Shown here: piece by piece, positions 7,329-15,156 of the stretch | How positions within the stretch are numbered: the first letter of the stretch is position 1 | Layout: each line of letters opens with the position of its first letter | DNA from: Nitrososphaerota archaeon | GTDB taxonomy: Archaea; Thermoproteota; Nitrososphaeria; Nitrososphaerales; Nitrosopumilaceae | Reading direction: 5' to 3' | Length of the DNA stretch: 32,000 bases | Assembly (NCBI GenBank): GCA_013288545.1 | Contig: JABDBR010000005.1 | Span: 1-32,000, forward strand | Notes under the pieces: generated by a model | The model's database searches: none | What the model was told of the DNA's origin: nothing | Seen by the model: only the letters and a program-made list of their open reading frames with translations | Program-made: the position numbers and the translations under genes

Positions 7329-7979
7329 TTAGTCCCACTTAGACCAGGCTGCCATCCATCTGTATGTCCATGTTGTTAATTTGCAACCCAATGCAGTCAT
7401 TGTTACTGTCAAAACTGCACTAGCGCCTGCACCTAACGCGACGGGACTATCATAGAACTTGCCTACTTGGGGTTCTATTGGAGTCATGTATGGAGGCAAT
7501 GTGGTTCTTGGGTATTTGAAAGCAGTCTCAAGAGGATCATCTATTGTGATTAGATTGATCATGTTGAACAACGACATAGACATTCCACAGAGTACACCGC
7601 CTATTAGGATCAAAGAGTGTTTGTTTCTCTTTGTTGCCCAATATGCCAAATCCATCAGTATTGCCGATGGAATCCACATTGGTACCACGATGAAACTGTA
7701 CGGATATCCTAAGGAGAACCACGCACCTTTTGCAATCCACGTATACACTGTCATTATTAGTGCATAGTATGTTGCTGTTCCTGGAACGCCAGTGAACGTA
7801 AGGTAGTATGCTGCACCGACTGCGAGCATCAATGATTGTGATAGAGTAAATATCACATAAGATGTCCACATCCAGTCAGTATAGAAGATGTAGTCTCCTG
7901 CGTTGATTGTCAACAAGGTCGAGTTGACTGCTACCACTACTATGAATAAGTAGTGAGTACATCGTCTTAGCCAGACCAT
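7329..7979 (-). CDS. amoA: archaeal ammonia monooxygenase subunit A
   Basis: MVWLRRCTHYLFIVVVAVNSTLLTINAGDYIFYTDW...TWTYRWMAAWSKWD is the canonical 216-aa thaumarchaeal AmoA. The track ORF (to 8048) adds 23 codons that contain the promoter. Confidence 0.98.
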   Translation of the reverse strand: MVWLRRCTHYLFIVVVAVNSTLLTINAGDYIFYTDWMWTSYVIFTLSQSLMLAVGAAYYLTFTGVPGTATYYALIMTVYTWIAKGAWFSLGYPYSFIVVPMWIPSAILMDLAYWATKRNKHSLILIGGVLCGMSMSLFNMINLITIDDPLETAFKYPRTTLPPYMTPIEPQVGKFYDSPVALGAGASAVLTVTMTALGCKLTTWTYRWMAAWSKWD

Positions 7980-8000
7980 TGGATTGTATGCAGGAAGTGA

Positions 8001-8016
8001 TGTATATAAAATTTTA
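8001..8016 (-). promoter_or_regulatory. amoA TATA box / promoter (leaderless spacing)
   Basis: The minus strand reads AAAATTTTATATACA. The core TTTTATATA (plus-strand 8003-8011) ends 23 nt before ATG 7979. The same spacing is seen for amt, the Cas4-like gene and PII. Confidence 0.55.
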
Positions 8017-8101
8017 TGACATGCGAGATCAGGCAGAAAATAAACCAAGTTGAGATAACTCTAATGAAGAATAATAAAAGAAAAGATGAAAAGGAATTTT
8101 C

Positions 8102-8464
8102 CTATCCGAAGAAGACACAATCAGTCACAAGTGTTGCGATAGCAACTGCTGCGATCACACCAGCTATAAGACCATTGTATGTCTTTGCTTTTGATGTACC
8201 CTCGGTCACTACTTTGACACAAAATAGGTACCCAATAGCTTCTATGATTGTAAGTACAGTTAACGCAAAGTGTGCGCTTGGCGGTGGATATGCCCATGGA
8301 TAATATACGCATGCAACGGCAACTCCTCCCCATGTTCCTGCCCAGAGTGCAACGAATGCACCAGTGATGAGTCCAACCATATCTTCGACACGTCGGCCTA
8401 TCATCTTACTGACGTCGGAACTGGAAGCTCCGCCACCTGTACCGAATCCTTTTGGTAAGGTCAT
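8102..8464 (-). CDS. amoX: AmoX, small membrane protein of the archaeal amo cluster
   Basis: Encoded between amoA and amoC on the same strand, as in group I.1a AOA. The 120-aa protein has hydrophobic helices (GLITGAFVALWAGTWGGVAVACVYY; LIAGVIAAVAIATLVTDCVFF). Its own TATA-like GATTTAAAAG lies about 20 nt upstream. Confidence 0.85.
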   Translation of the reverse strand: MTLPKGFGTGGGASSSDVSKMIGRRVEDMVGLITGAFVALWAGTWGGVAVACVYYPWAYPPPSAHFALTVLTIIEAIGYLFCVKVVTEGTSKAKTYNGLIAGVIAAVAIATLVTDCVFFG

Positions 8465-8536
8465 TTGGATTTATTGACAGATGTATGCTTTTAAATCTTT
8501 TCCCAAGATGAGATACAACTTACGTTAAGTTGATCG

Positions 8537-8567
8537 GAGAAAAATAAGAAAAGAGCGCTTGTGCGCG
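8537..8567 (-). terminator. small GC hairpin (GCGC-ACAA-GCGC) plus T-rich tract after amoC
   Basis: The minus strand after the stop (8569-8571) reads ACGCGCACAAGCGCTCTTTTCTTATTTTTC. Confidence 0.3.
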
Positions 8568-8568
8568 T

Positions 8569-9132
8569 TTATGGGATTGATCTACTGTACAATTTGCCTT
8601 CTAGAGCCATCTTGTACATTTCTGCAACATATGGGTTCTCACCTGGTGTTTCTGCTCCAAGTTCGACGAGTCGTGCGTATACTCTTACTACATAGGCAAG
8701 TGCGCCCATGAAAGCAACGACGACACCCATGTTAAACATCCAGTGGTTTGGAACTGCGAAGATCTCCTCTACATACCAGAAGTGCCACATCTCATTGACA
8801 CCTATTGTGAACATGGTTGCCAAGTAACCAAGGATGGTCATCTTGAGACCGGTGTTCATTGAGTTGTTTGGACCTCTCAGAATTGGTACCTTTCTGTCAT
8901 AAACAGCTACCATTCCCCATCCTAATGGAAGAGCAATGAAATGGCTGTATAACCACCAGTGTGCTGGTGTGAAGGCACTATCTCTGATTGATGTCTGGTG
9001 TAAAGATCCGTCTACGAAGTTATCGACCTCTACTGATGCAGCGATTGATCCCAATGCGATGATGATAAGCCAGATCTTCTTCAGTCTCTGGATTTCAACT
9101 TCTTTTGGAATTAGTGCTGGCATTTGTGCCAT
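8569..9132 (-). CDS. amoC: archaeal ammonia monooxygenase subunit C
   Basis: MAQMPALIPKEVEIQRLKKIW...HWWLYSHF...EMWHFWYVEEIF... is typical of thaumarchaeal AmoC (187 aa). Confidence 0.97.
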   Translation of the reverse strand: MAQMPALIPKEVEIQRLKKIWLIIIALGSIAASVEVDNFVDGSLHQTSIRDSAFTPAHWWLYSHFIALPLGWGMVAVYDRKVPILRGPNNSMNTGLKMTILGYLATMFTIGVNEMWHFWYVEEIFAVPNHWMFNMGVVVAFMGALAYVVRVYARLVELGAETPGENPYVAEMYKMALEGKLYSRSIP

Positions 9133-9387
9133 GACGTTTGGAATGATTACCAGTTATTTAAAAGATGAGTTATAATTTCTATAATATTAATTCTAATTTT
9201 TACATCATTCAACTTGAAAATTCAACAATAATAATTGAAACCCGGACTTAATCACATAATAATAATGTACAAAAAATGATGCAATCCATGATAAACATGG
9301 ATGTATAACACATGATCAGATTCTAAGGGGATCTTATAGGGCAAAATATATATCGTTGTAGTTTCTCAGTTGGTTTAGTTAAGCGAT

Positions 9388-9954
9388 ATGGTCGATAAGA
9401 AGTTTATTGTAGCTGCAATAGGTGTGATAGTAGCACTTGGAGCAGTTGGACCATCATTAGCACAAATGTTCCAACATGCTGAGGCACATGGTGTCCAGGC
9501 ACAGTTACAGAGTCGTTTCGTAAGAATAGATGGCGAGACATGGTCAAAACAATCTGTTCATACAGGAGACACTTTGACAGTATCTGGTAAATTTGTAAGT
9601 CTTGTAAACAGAGACTTGCGAGGCTGGTACACCGTATATGGTGACTCATCCAACGCTGGTAACAGATGGGAAATTGTAGCAAGAGATCCACCTGGTAACG
9701 TAATTACGATACCAGCAAACGCAGTGGTTCCATACAAGTTAACCATTAAGGCACTTGAACCAGCAGTATATCACATGCATACGCAGCTTAACGTAGCAAG
9801 CATAGGTCCAGGTCTTGGTCCAGGACAAACAGTCGTGGTAACAGGCGATCCAATCGTAAAACCAATCCCATACACAAACGTAGCCTATCAATCGATAGTA
9901 ATTGCAGTGGGATATGTGGTTACTTTCGCAACAAGACCTTGGCAAGTGATTTAA
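9388..9954 (+). CDS. amoB: archaeal ammonia monooxygenase subunit B
   Basis: A signal/TM segment is followed by AHGVQAQLQSRFVRIDGETW... and a C-terminal TM ending RPWQVI, as in short archaeal AmoB (188 aa). The gene is divergent from amoC. Confidence 0.95.
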   Translation: MVDKKFIVAAIGVIVALGAVGPSLAQMFQHAEAHGVQAQLQSRFVRIDGETWSKQSVHTGDTLTVSGKFVSLVNRDLRGWYTVYGDSSNAGNRWEIVARDPPGNVITIPANAVVPYKLTIKALEPAVYHMHTQLNVASIGPGLGPGQTVVVTGDPIVKPIPYTNVAYQSIVIAVGYVVTFATRPWQVI

Positions 9955-10016
9955 AAACAATCACCCCCTCTCTTTTCATTTTCTAAGTCAGATAGTGAGA
10001 ACTGTTTTTATAAAAA

Positions 10017-10295
10017 TCAGAATTGAGACTTGGTTATATTAAATTCCAAAGTCCACTTTCTAACATAGTAAAGAGGAACTAGTATAGATATTGGCAGTAC
10101 AATTATCACTCCAAATGGCCATGAAATGCTCATTTGAATTACCAAGTCTACAAAAAATATTATGACTTCAATTATTATTCCGTAGATTAGCTTTTGTATT
10201 CTGTAAAATGCAATTAATTGAGTTACAAAAGTAGGTATTACTGCAAGTATCAGTTGAGTCTTTAGAAATTTTTCATTCTTGTCGTTTGGTGCCAT
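10017..10295 (-). CDS. small integral membrane protein (about 3 TM), unknown function
   Basis: 92-aa ORF with hydrophobic segments LILAVIPTFVTQLIAF, IIIEVIIFFVDLVI and FGVIIVLPISILVPLYY. No recognisable motif. Confidence 0.45.
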   Translation of the reverse strand: MAPNDKNEKFLKTQLILAVIPTFVTQLIAFYRIQKLIYGIIIEVIIFFVDLVIQMSISWPFGVIIVLPISILVPLYYVRKWTLEFNITKSQF

Positions 10296-10364
10296 GTCAT
10301 TAGTACTTGAGTTCGCACTATATCTCTTAACACTATTAATAAGAATTAGACACAGTATACAAAC

Positions 10365-10787
10365 ATGATAACAAGGATATTTACAATTTTCATTCTTTTA
10401 CTAATCACATCTTCAATTCCCTTGTCGTATGCGGATTTAGAGAAAAATCAAAGACAGATAGACATCATAGAATGTCCAATAAGAGAATCTTGTTTCAGTC
10501 CCTGTCAAACAACCATCACAATAGGAGACACTGTCATATGGATAAACAAAGATGTCAAGGACCACATGATTTCAAGTGGAAGCGGTCAGAGCGGACCTGA
10601 TGGATGGTTTTCCAGCACAATAATTCCATCACATGGAATATTTTCACATACGTTTGATAGAAAAGGTGTATTTGTGTACTTTGACAATATGCATCCTTAC
10701 ATGCAAGGTGTCATAATAGTTGATTCTTCACTACAATCATCTTTTATCAAGATGCAACAATCATACTTTTCAGATTGGTGTAGTTGA
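10365..10787 (+). CDS. secreted cupredoxin (plastocyanin-like) domain protein with atypical metal site
   Basis: A signal peptide is followed by ITIGDTVIWINKDVKDHMI...GVFVYFDNMHPYMQGVIIV, which follows the plastocyanin pattern (GdtV.w.N.d...H.v ... Y.C..H...M.G.I.V). Asp107 stands where the Cys ligand is expected. Confidence 0.65.
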   Translation: MITRIFTIFILLLITSSIPLSYADLEKNQRQIDIIECPIRESCFSPCQTTITIGDTVIWINKDVKDHMISSGSGQSGPDGWFSSTIIPSHGIFSHTFDRKGVFVYFDNMHPYMQGVIIVDSSLQSSFIKMQQSYFSDWCS

Positions 10788-10807
10788 TAGTTATCACCAG
10801 TGTTTGA

Positions 10808-11494
10808 CTAGTATTCTATTTTGAAATCATCAAAGTATGCACCAGTATCTTTCTTGGTCCACATGCCAACTTCTCCAGACTGGTAATTGTGATCATTTGC
10901 ACGTATGATTAGTTGACCATCAAGAAATGCAGCTATTCCCTGTGAAGATACCAATGCTTGCATTGTATGCCATTCCCCAGGCGTAATTGTGACTGACTTG
11001 TCATAATTGCATATTAGAAATTCAGGCGTATCTTTACATAAAGAGAGCCTGTTTTGAGCAGAGTCTGCCATAAGAACAAAATAATGTTTATCGTCCACAA
11101 ATCTAAGTATCATACCTGCAGACTTTGCATGGTCACCTGATACAATTTTAAAACTCATGGTAACATTTTCAGTATCGACATTAGGTGAGTCTGGAATTAA
11201 TTGCAAATGATAGTCTGCGGTATCATTAATCGATATCTTTTCTAAGACATTTGGCTTTGATGGTGCACTAGAATCTGACTTTATCACCCACAAAGGCTTT
11301 TGATCTGTTGACAATTCAGAAAACCCTTGAGGAACTGTCCCGTTTTGATAGGAATCAAAGTTCCATATCTTGACATGATGATATCCAGAGTTTACTTCCG
11401 CATTATAATATGCAAAAGATATTCCAATTATTGTAATAGCAGCAAAGATTGTAAGACGTTTCTTCTTACTAAATTGCGGTTTTTTTGATGACAA
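10808..11494 (-). CDS. membrane-anchored exoprotein with DUF1080/LamG-like (concanavalin-type) domain
   Basis: An N-terminal TM anchor is followed by ...ILRFVDDKHYFVLMADSAQNRLSL...EWHTMQALVSSQGIAAFLDGQLI...GEVGMWTKKDTGAYFDDFKIEY, the typical C-terminal pattern of DUF1080/3-keto-disaccharide hydrolase-like lectin folds. Confidence 0.6.
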   Translation of the reverse strand: MSSKKPQFSKKKRLTIFAAITIIGISFAYYNAEVNSGYHHVKIWNFDSYQNGTVPQGFSELSTDQKPLWVIKSDSSAPSKPNVLEKISINDTADYHLQLIPDSPNVDTENVTMSFKIVSGDHAKSAGMILRFVDDKHYFVLMADSAQNRLSLCKDTPEFLICNYDKSVTITPGEWHTMQALVSSQGIAAFLDGQLIIRANDHNYQSGEVGMWTKKDTGAYFDDFKIEY

Positions 11495-11584
11495 ATATCT
11501 ACAGGTAGTGTGCCATTTGTGATTGATATAAAGATACCATTAGATGAAAAGACAGAAAAATGAAAACATTAAGAAAATAAATTA

Positions 11585-11788
11585 TTATTTCTTTTCGCGC
11601 TTTCTTGGCTTATTTTTGCCTCTCCATTTATCAAAGCCCCAACGTGTGGCTCCAAATGTACCAAGTGTAAAGAAGAACCCACCGACCAGCAGAAAGACAA
11701 AATGATGATCAACAAATAACCAAAAAGCAAATCCCAAGACTGCGCTGACAAATTCCAGTACAACAAAAACTAGCCACTTGTCTACCAT
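11585..11788 (-). CDS. small 2-TM membrane protein with basic C-tail, unknown function
   Basis: 67-aa protein: MVDKWLVFVVLEFVSAVLGFAFWLF...FLLVGGFFFTLGTF...KNKPRKREKK. Co-directional with amt and about 100 nt downstream. The overlapping alternative frame (11569..11766) is less protein-like. Confidence 0.45.
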   Translation of the reverse strand: MVDKWLVFVVLEFVSAVLGFAFWLFVDHHFVFLLVGGFFFTLGTFGATRWGFDKWRGKNKPRKREKK

Positions 11789-11893
11789 TTACAAAGTTTG
11801 GTAAATTCACATACTATTTACCGTTTCTCAATTTTTAAAAATCAATCAAGAATAACTTGCACAAAACATAAAAATGAAAAAGATGGGAATTTT

Positions 11894-13399
11894 TTACTCT
11901 GCAAATCCAGAGTATGCGTGTTCGCCTACTTGAGATATGTCCAATCCTATTTCTTCTTCTTTTGGTGTAACTCTAACACCACCTGGCCAAATTGCATCTT
12001 GGATTCTCCAAATGATGTAAGTTAGGCCAAATGACCAAGCTGCACCGAATCCTGCCCCCATGCTGTTAATTACAAACTGCATTGGGTTTCCAAAGAAGAG
12101 ACCGTTGTGTGCATATGGATTGATTCTGACTTCACTGAACGCACCTGTAAGCAATGCACCTACAACACCACCCATTCCGTGTACACCCCAAGTATCCAAG
12201 GCATCATCTATTCTTGCCCTGTTCTTGATCAGTACACAGTAGAAGCATACTGTTGCACATGCAAATCCTACTATTATTGATGCCCATGTTCCAATGAAAC
12301 CAGAGGCTGGCGTGATTGCTACAAGTCCAGCAACAGCTCCGTTGACTGCACCGATGGCGCTAGTCTTTCCTGTATGTGCCCAGCTTAAGAACATCCACCA
12401 TATTGCTGCAACCGCAGTTGCCACGTTGGTGTTCTGGAATGCTTGTGTTTCTAGGAAACCAGCAAAGCCTGCACTACCAGGGTTGAAACCAAACCATCCG
12501 AACCAAAGTAATGATGCACCCAAGATTATAAGCGGAATTGAGTGCGGTTCAAATGGTGCCTTACCATATCCTATTCTTCTTCCCAAGAACATTGCGGTAG
12601 CTAAACCAGCAAATCCTGAGGTGATGTGAATGACTGTTCCTCCCGCAAAGTCTTCTGCACCCATCTTGGCTAACCAACCAAGTGCGGTACCTTGACTTCC
12701 AAGAGACCAGTTGGCATGTCCAGCAACATCATAGATGAATGTAGTCCATAATACGATGTGTATCAGGAATGCGCTCATCTTTACCCTGTCAGCATAACCA
12801 GCAATGGCTAGTGACGGAGTGATGGCAGCGAACATGAGCTGGAACATCACATAGGCTAAGTGAGGAATAGTTGGAGCGTATACATCGGCTGGTGCATTGT
12901 GCGATACATTATTCAAGCCTACCCAGTCAAGGTTTCCAATAAATCCAACAGGATCAGCAGATGGACCAAACATTATCGAGTATCCAAAGACAACCCATTG
13001 GACACTGACAATTGCATAGACCATGAATGCCTGTAACATTACGGTTAGAGAGTGCTTTCGTCTTGTAAGACCTCCATACAAGAATCCCACACCACCAGGA
13101 GTCATTATCATGACGAAGACTGCTGCTGCGTACATGAAGGTTGTATCTCCTGTGTCTATACATGGGGCATTACTTCCACCGAATGTTCCGTTACCTGGTG
13201 GAGTCATCGGCTGAGCACAGTGAATCTCATGTGTCTTGCTAGGATCTGCAAGAGCTCCTAACGGACCAAACTGAGCGTGTGCGTCCTGTATTGCCGTGAA
13301 TCCGGATAACCCGACTATTAAGCCTGCGAGCACAAAAACTACCGGCCATTTGTGTTTTGTTACTATCTGCATTGGCGATTTAGAAATTGTCTCCAGCAT
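11894..13399 (-). CDS. amt: ammonium transporter (Amt/MEP family)
   Basis: Family hallmarks are present: DTGDTTFMYAAAVFVMIMTPGG, AEDFAGGTVIHITSGFAGL, LLWFGWFGFNPGS, WGVHGMGGVVGALLTG. The start is set at Met13 of the track ORF (ATG 13399), because the first 12 codons overlap a TATA box 23 nt upstream of that ATG. Confidence 0.93.
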   Translation of the reverse strand: MLETISKSPMQIVTKHKWPVVFVLAGLIVGLSGFTAIQDAHAQFGPLGALADPSKTHEIHCAQPMTPPGNGTFGGSNAPCIDTGDTTFMYAAAVFVMIMTPGGVGFLYGGLTRRKHSLTVMLQAFMVYAIVSVQWVVFGYSIMFGPSADPVGFIGNLDWVGLNNVSHNAPADVYAPTIPHLAYVMFQLMFAAITPSLAIAGYADRVKMSAFLIHIVLWTTFIYDVAGHANWSLGSQGTALGWLAKMGAEDFAGGTVIHITSGFAGLATAMFLGRRIGYGKAPFEPHSIPLIILGASLLWFGWFGFNPGSAGFAGFLETQAFQNTNVATAVAAIWWMFLSWAHTGKTSAIGAVNGAVAGLVAITPASGFIGTWASIIVGFACATVCFYCVLIKNRARIDDALDTWGVHGMGGVVGALLTGAFSEVRINPYAHNGLFFGNPMQFVINSMGAGFGAAWSFGLTYIIWRIQDAIWPGGVRVTPKEEEIGLDISQVGEHAYSGFAE

Positions 13400-13418
13400 C
13401 TTTCGATAGAGATGTTTC

Positions 13419-13467
13419 TCATCTATAAAAGGCATTTTATCCTAAAATGTTTTTTTTATGATATTAT
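13419..13467 (-). promoter_or_regulatory. amt promoter: copy A of a 49-nt repeated promoter/upstream element
   Basis: The plus strand reads TCATCTATAAAAGGCATTTTATCCTAAAATGTTTTTTTTATGATATTAT. On the minus strand TTTTATAG (13423-13430) lies 23 nt from ATG 13399. It is 44/49 identical to 15926-15974. Confidence 0.7.
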
Positions 13468-13562
13468 CGATACATAATATCTGATTTTGTAAAAGTTTAG
13501 TATCATAGAATTAGAAAAAATTCTAAATAAAATTATTATACAACTTACAGACTAGAGCACGC

Positions 13563-13727
13563 ATGACTGAAGCAGGAATAGAAATTTTCATTGCAACAGG
13601 AGTAACTCTTGCAATGACAATAGCAATTTACTTCGGTGAAAGAGCTCACAGGTATAATTTAGCCAAGAAAGGAAAAACTTGGGGAACCTATGGCTTTAGG
13701 TATGAAGGCACCGGTCAACACGCCTAG
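13563..13727 (+). CDS. 54-aa single-TM micro-protein (below ORF-track cutoff)
   Basis: Hand translation gives MTEAGIEIFIATGVTLAMTIAIYFGERAHRYNLAKKGKTWGTYGFRYEGTGQHA*. It has a clean hydrophobic helix then a basic/aromatic tail. No homology support. Confidence 0.35.
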   Translation: MTEAGIEIFIATGVTLAMTIAIYFGERAHRYNLAKKGKTWGTYGFRYEGTGQHA

Positions 13728-13809
13728 AGTAAATCCCTTTTATCATATTTTTGTAATATCATCAGCGATTAGATAGATTGATTTATTCACAACAAATGTT
13801 GGACAAATT

Positions 13810-14301
13810 ATGAGAGAAAATCTGGAAGAAGAAGAACACATCATAGCATCGCTTCCACAGATTTGGGGAATAGCATTAGGGTTAGGAGGATTTTTTCATA
13901 AAAATAAAGAAGGTATTCTTGTTCTTACAAGCAAAAATGTAATTTTTGTTCCACGTTACATTTGGATTACTGCAAAAGAAAAGGAGCGATATTTTGCAGG
14001 TGATAAGGCTGGAATAGAAAAGATGTCAAACTACAATGAATCAGATCTGGATGAAGATTTGACTGAGAATCCAAAATCATGGATAATACATCTAGATTCC
14101 ATAACAGACGTTGGAAGCATAACAACAAGAAAAGTTGATTTCTTGAGGATCACATTTACAGAAAAAGGAAAAGAGAAAAAATATGATTTTGGAATTACCA
14201 AAACTGTAACAAACTACCCATATAGACAGCCTCTAGTTTTCAAAAATTTAGACTGGAGTTTATGGATAGGTTTGATAGTATCAAAACTAAAAAAACCGTA
14301 G
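13810..14301 (+). CDS. hypothetical protein (possibly PH/GRAM-like fold)
   Basis: 163-aa ORF. GILVLTSKNVIFVP...WIIHLDSITDV...FLRITF is reminiscent of bacterial PH-like domains, which is weak evidence. The C-terminus is hydrophobic. Confidence 0.45.
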   Translation: MRENLEEEEHIIASLPQIWGIALGLGGFFHKNKEGILVLTSKNVIFVPRYIWITAKEKERYFAGDKAGIEKMSNYNESDLDEDLTENPKSWIIHLDSITDVGSITTRKVDFLRITFTEKGKEKKYDFGITKTVTNYPYRQPLVFKNLDWSLWIGLIVSKLKKP

Positions 14302-14310
14302 ATTATAGCA

Positions 14311-14781
14311 CTAACTATTACCTTTAGAGCATAGTTTTTCTCGTGCCTGAGAAATAATAAAATCATCATCAATGTCTGTGGTTTTTAAGAATTTCAAATC
14401 AAATACCTTCTTTTTAAATTTGAATATTTCAAGCTCATATTTTTTGTTTTTAGGAGAATAGTTTGCAAGTTGTAATGATGCAGACCCATTGTATTCTTCC
14501 ATAAACTGCTGATAGTGATCTGATATTTTTAGGGATTTTAAAAAGACATTGGATGTCTGCAATATGCGAGATTGGCAATACAGTATGAATTCATAGTTAG
14601 TATCTCCTTCAAAGAATCTCATTTTGATCTCATCGTCTGGCCAGTATTTTATTATCTGATTCCAGGTGTTCACAAGTTTTCTTTTATTATCAAATATCAA
14701 GTAAATAGTAGGACGCACATCAAACACATGATATCCCAGACCTAGAAAATCTTCAAACCAGTCTATTTTAGAATCTACCAT
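14311..14781 (-). CDS. hypothetical protein
   Basis: The ORF in the track starts at TTG 14793. ATG 14781 lies 21 nt after the TATA-like CATTAAATAC. The region is very AT-rich and has no recognisable motifs. Confidence 0.45.
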   Translation of the reverse strand: MVDSKIDWFEDFLGLGYHVFDVRPTIYLIFDNKRKLVNTWNQIIKYWPDDEIKMRFFEGDTNYEFILYCQSRILQTSNVFLKSLKISDHYQQFMEEYNGSASLQLANYSPKNKKYELEIFKFKKKVFDLKFLKTTDIDDDFIISQAREKLCSKGNS

Positions 14782-14852
14782 GTTCAATTCCAAGTATGTA
14801 TTGTATTTAATGATTAGAATGGGAGTAAGAATTTACAATAAGAAAATTTAAG

Positions 14853-15104
14853 ATGTCAAATAGTTCAGAATATTTTGTAATACACATGGGAAATAGAAAG
14901 CGAATCGGCGAGATAATGAAGATGAGTAAAGAAGAATTATACCAATATCTCAGACAGGAAGATGCTGCAATACAATCAACAGATAAAATAGAAATGAAAC
15001 CCTTTGAACATGGCATCAAGATTTTTTACTTCCACAAAGATTCAGAAACTCCCTACAAGACTCGTGTGTATCTAAACCCAGACGAATCAGAATCGTTAAA
15101 ATAA
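14853..15104 (+). CDS. hypothetical protein
   Basis: 83-aa ORF with no recognisable motifs. The start is uncertain. Confidence 0.35.
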   Translation: MSNSSEYFVIHMGNRKRIGEIMKMSKEELYQYLRQEDAAIQSTDKIEMKPFEHGIKIFYFHKDSETPYKTRVYLNPDESESLK

Positions 15105-15156
15105 ATAAAATTACTTTTAGGTAAAATTATAAAATTAAAATGAAAAAAGTGTGTGA

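Noticed and set aside
7980-8048. 23-codon N-terminal extension of amoA in the ORF track (239 aa).
   Set aside because: Canonical AmoA begins MVWLRRC. The extension contains the TATA box 23 nt upstream of ATG 7979.
11798-12025. 75-aa plus-strand ORF overlapping the 3' end of amt, and the 65-aa alternative frame at 11569..11766.
   Set aside because: Both overlap better-supported genes (amt; the 67-aa 2-TM protein) and have odd composition and no promoter signal.
13400-13435. 12-codon N-terminal extension of amt (MPFIDEKHLYRK).
   Set aside because: It overlaps the conserved repeated promoter and TATA box. The same DNA upstream of the Cas4-like gene is non-coding.
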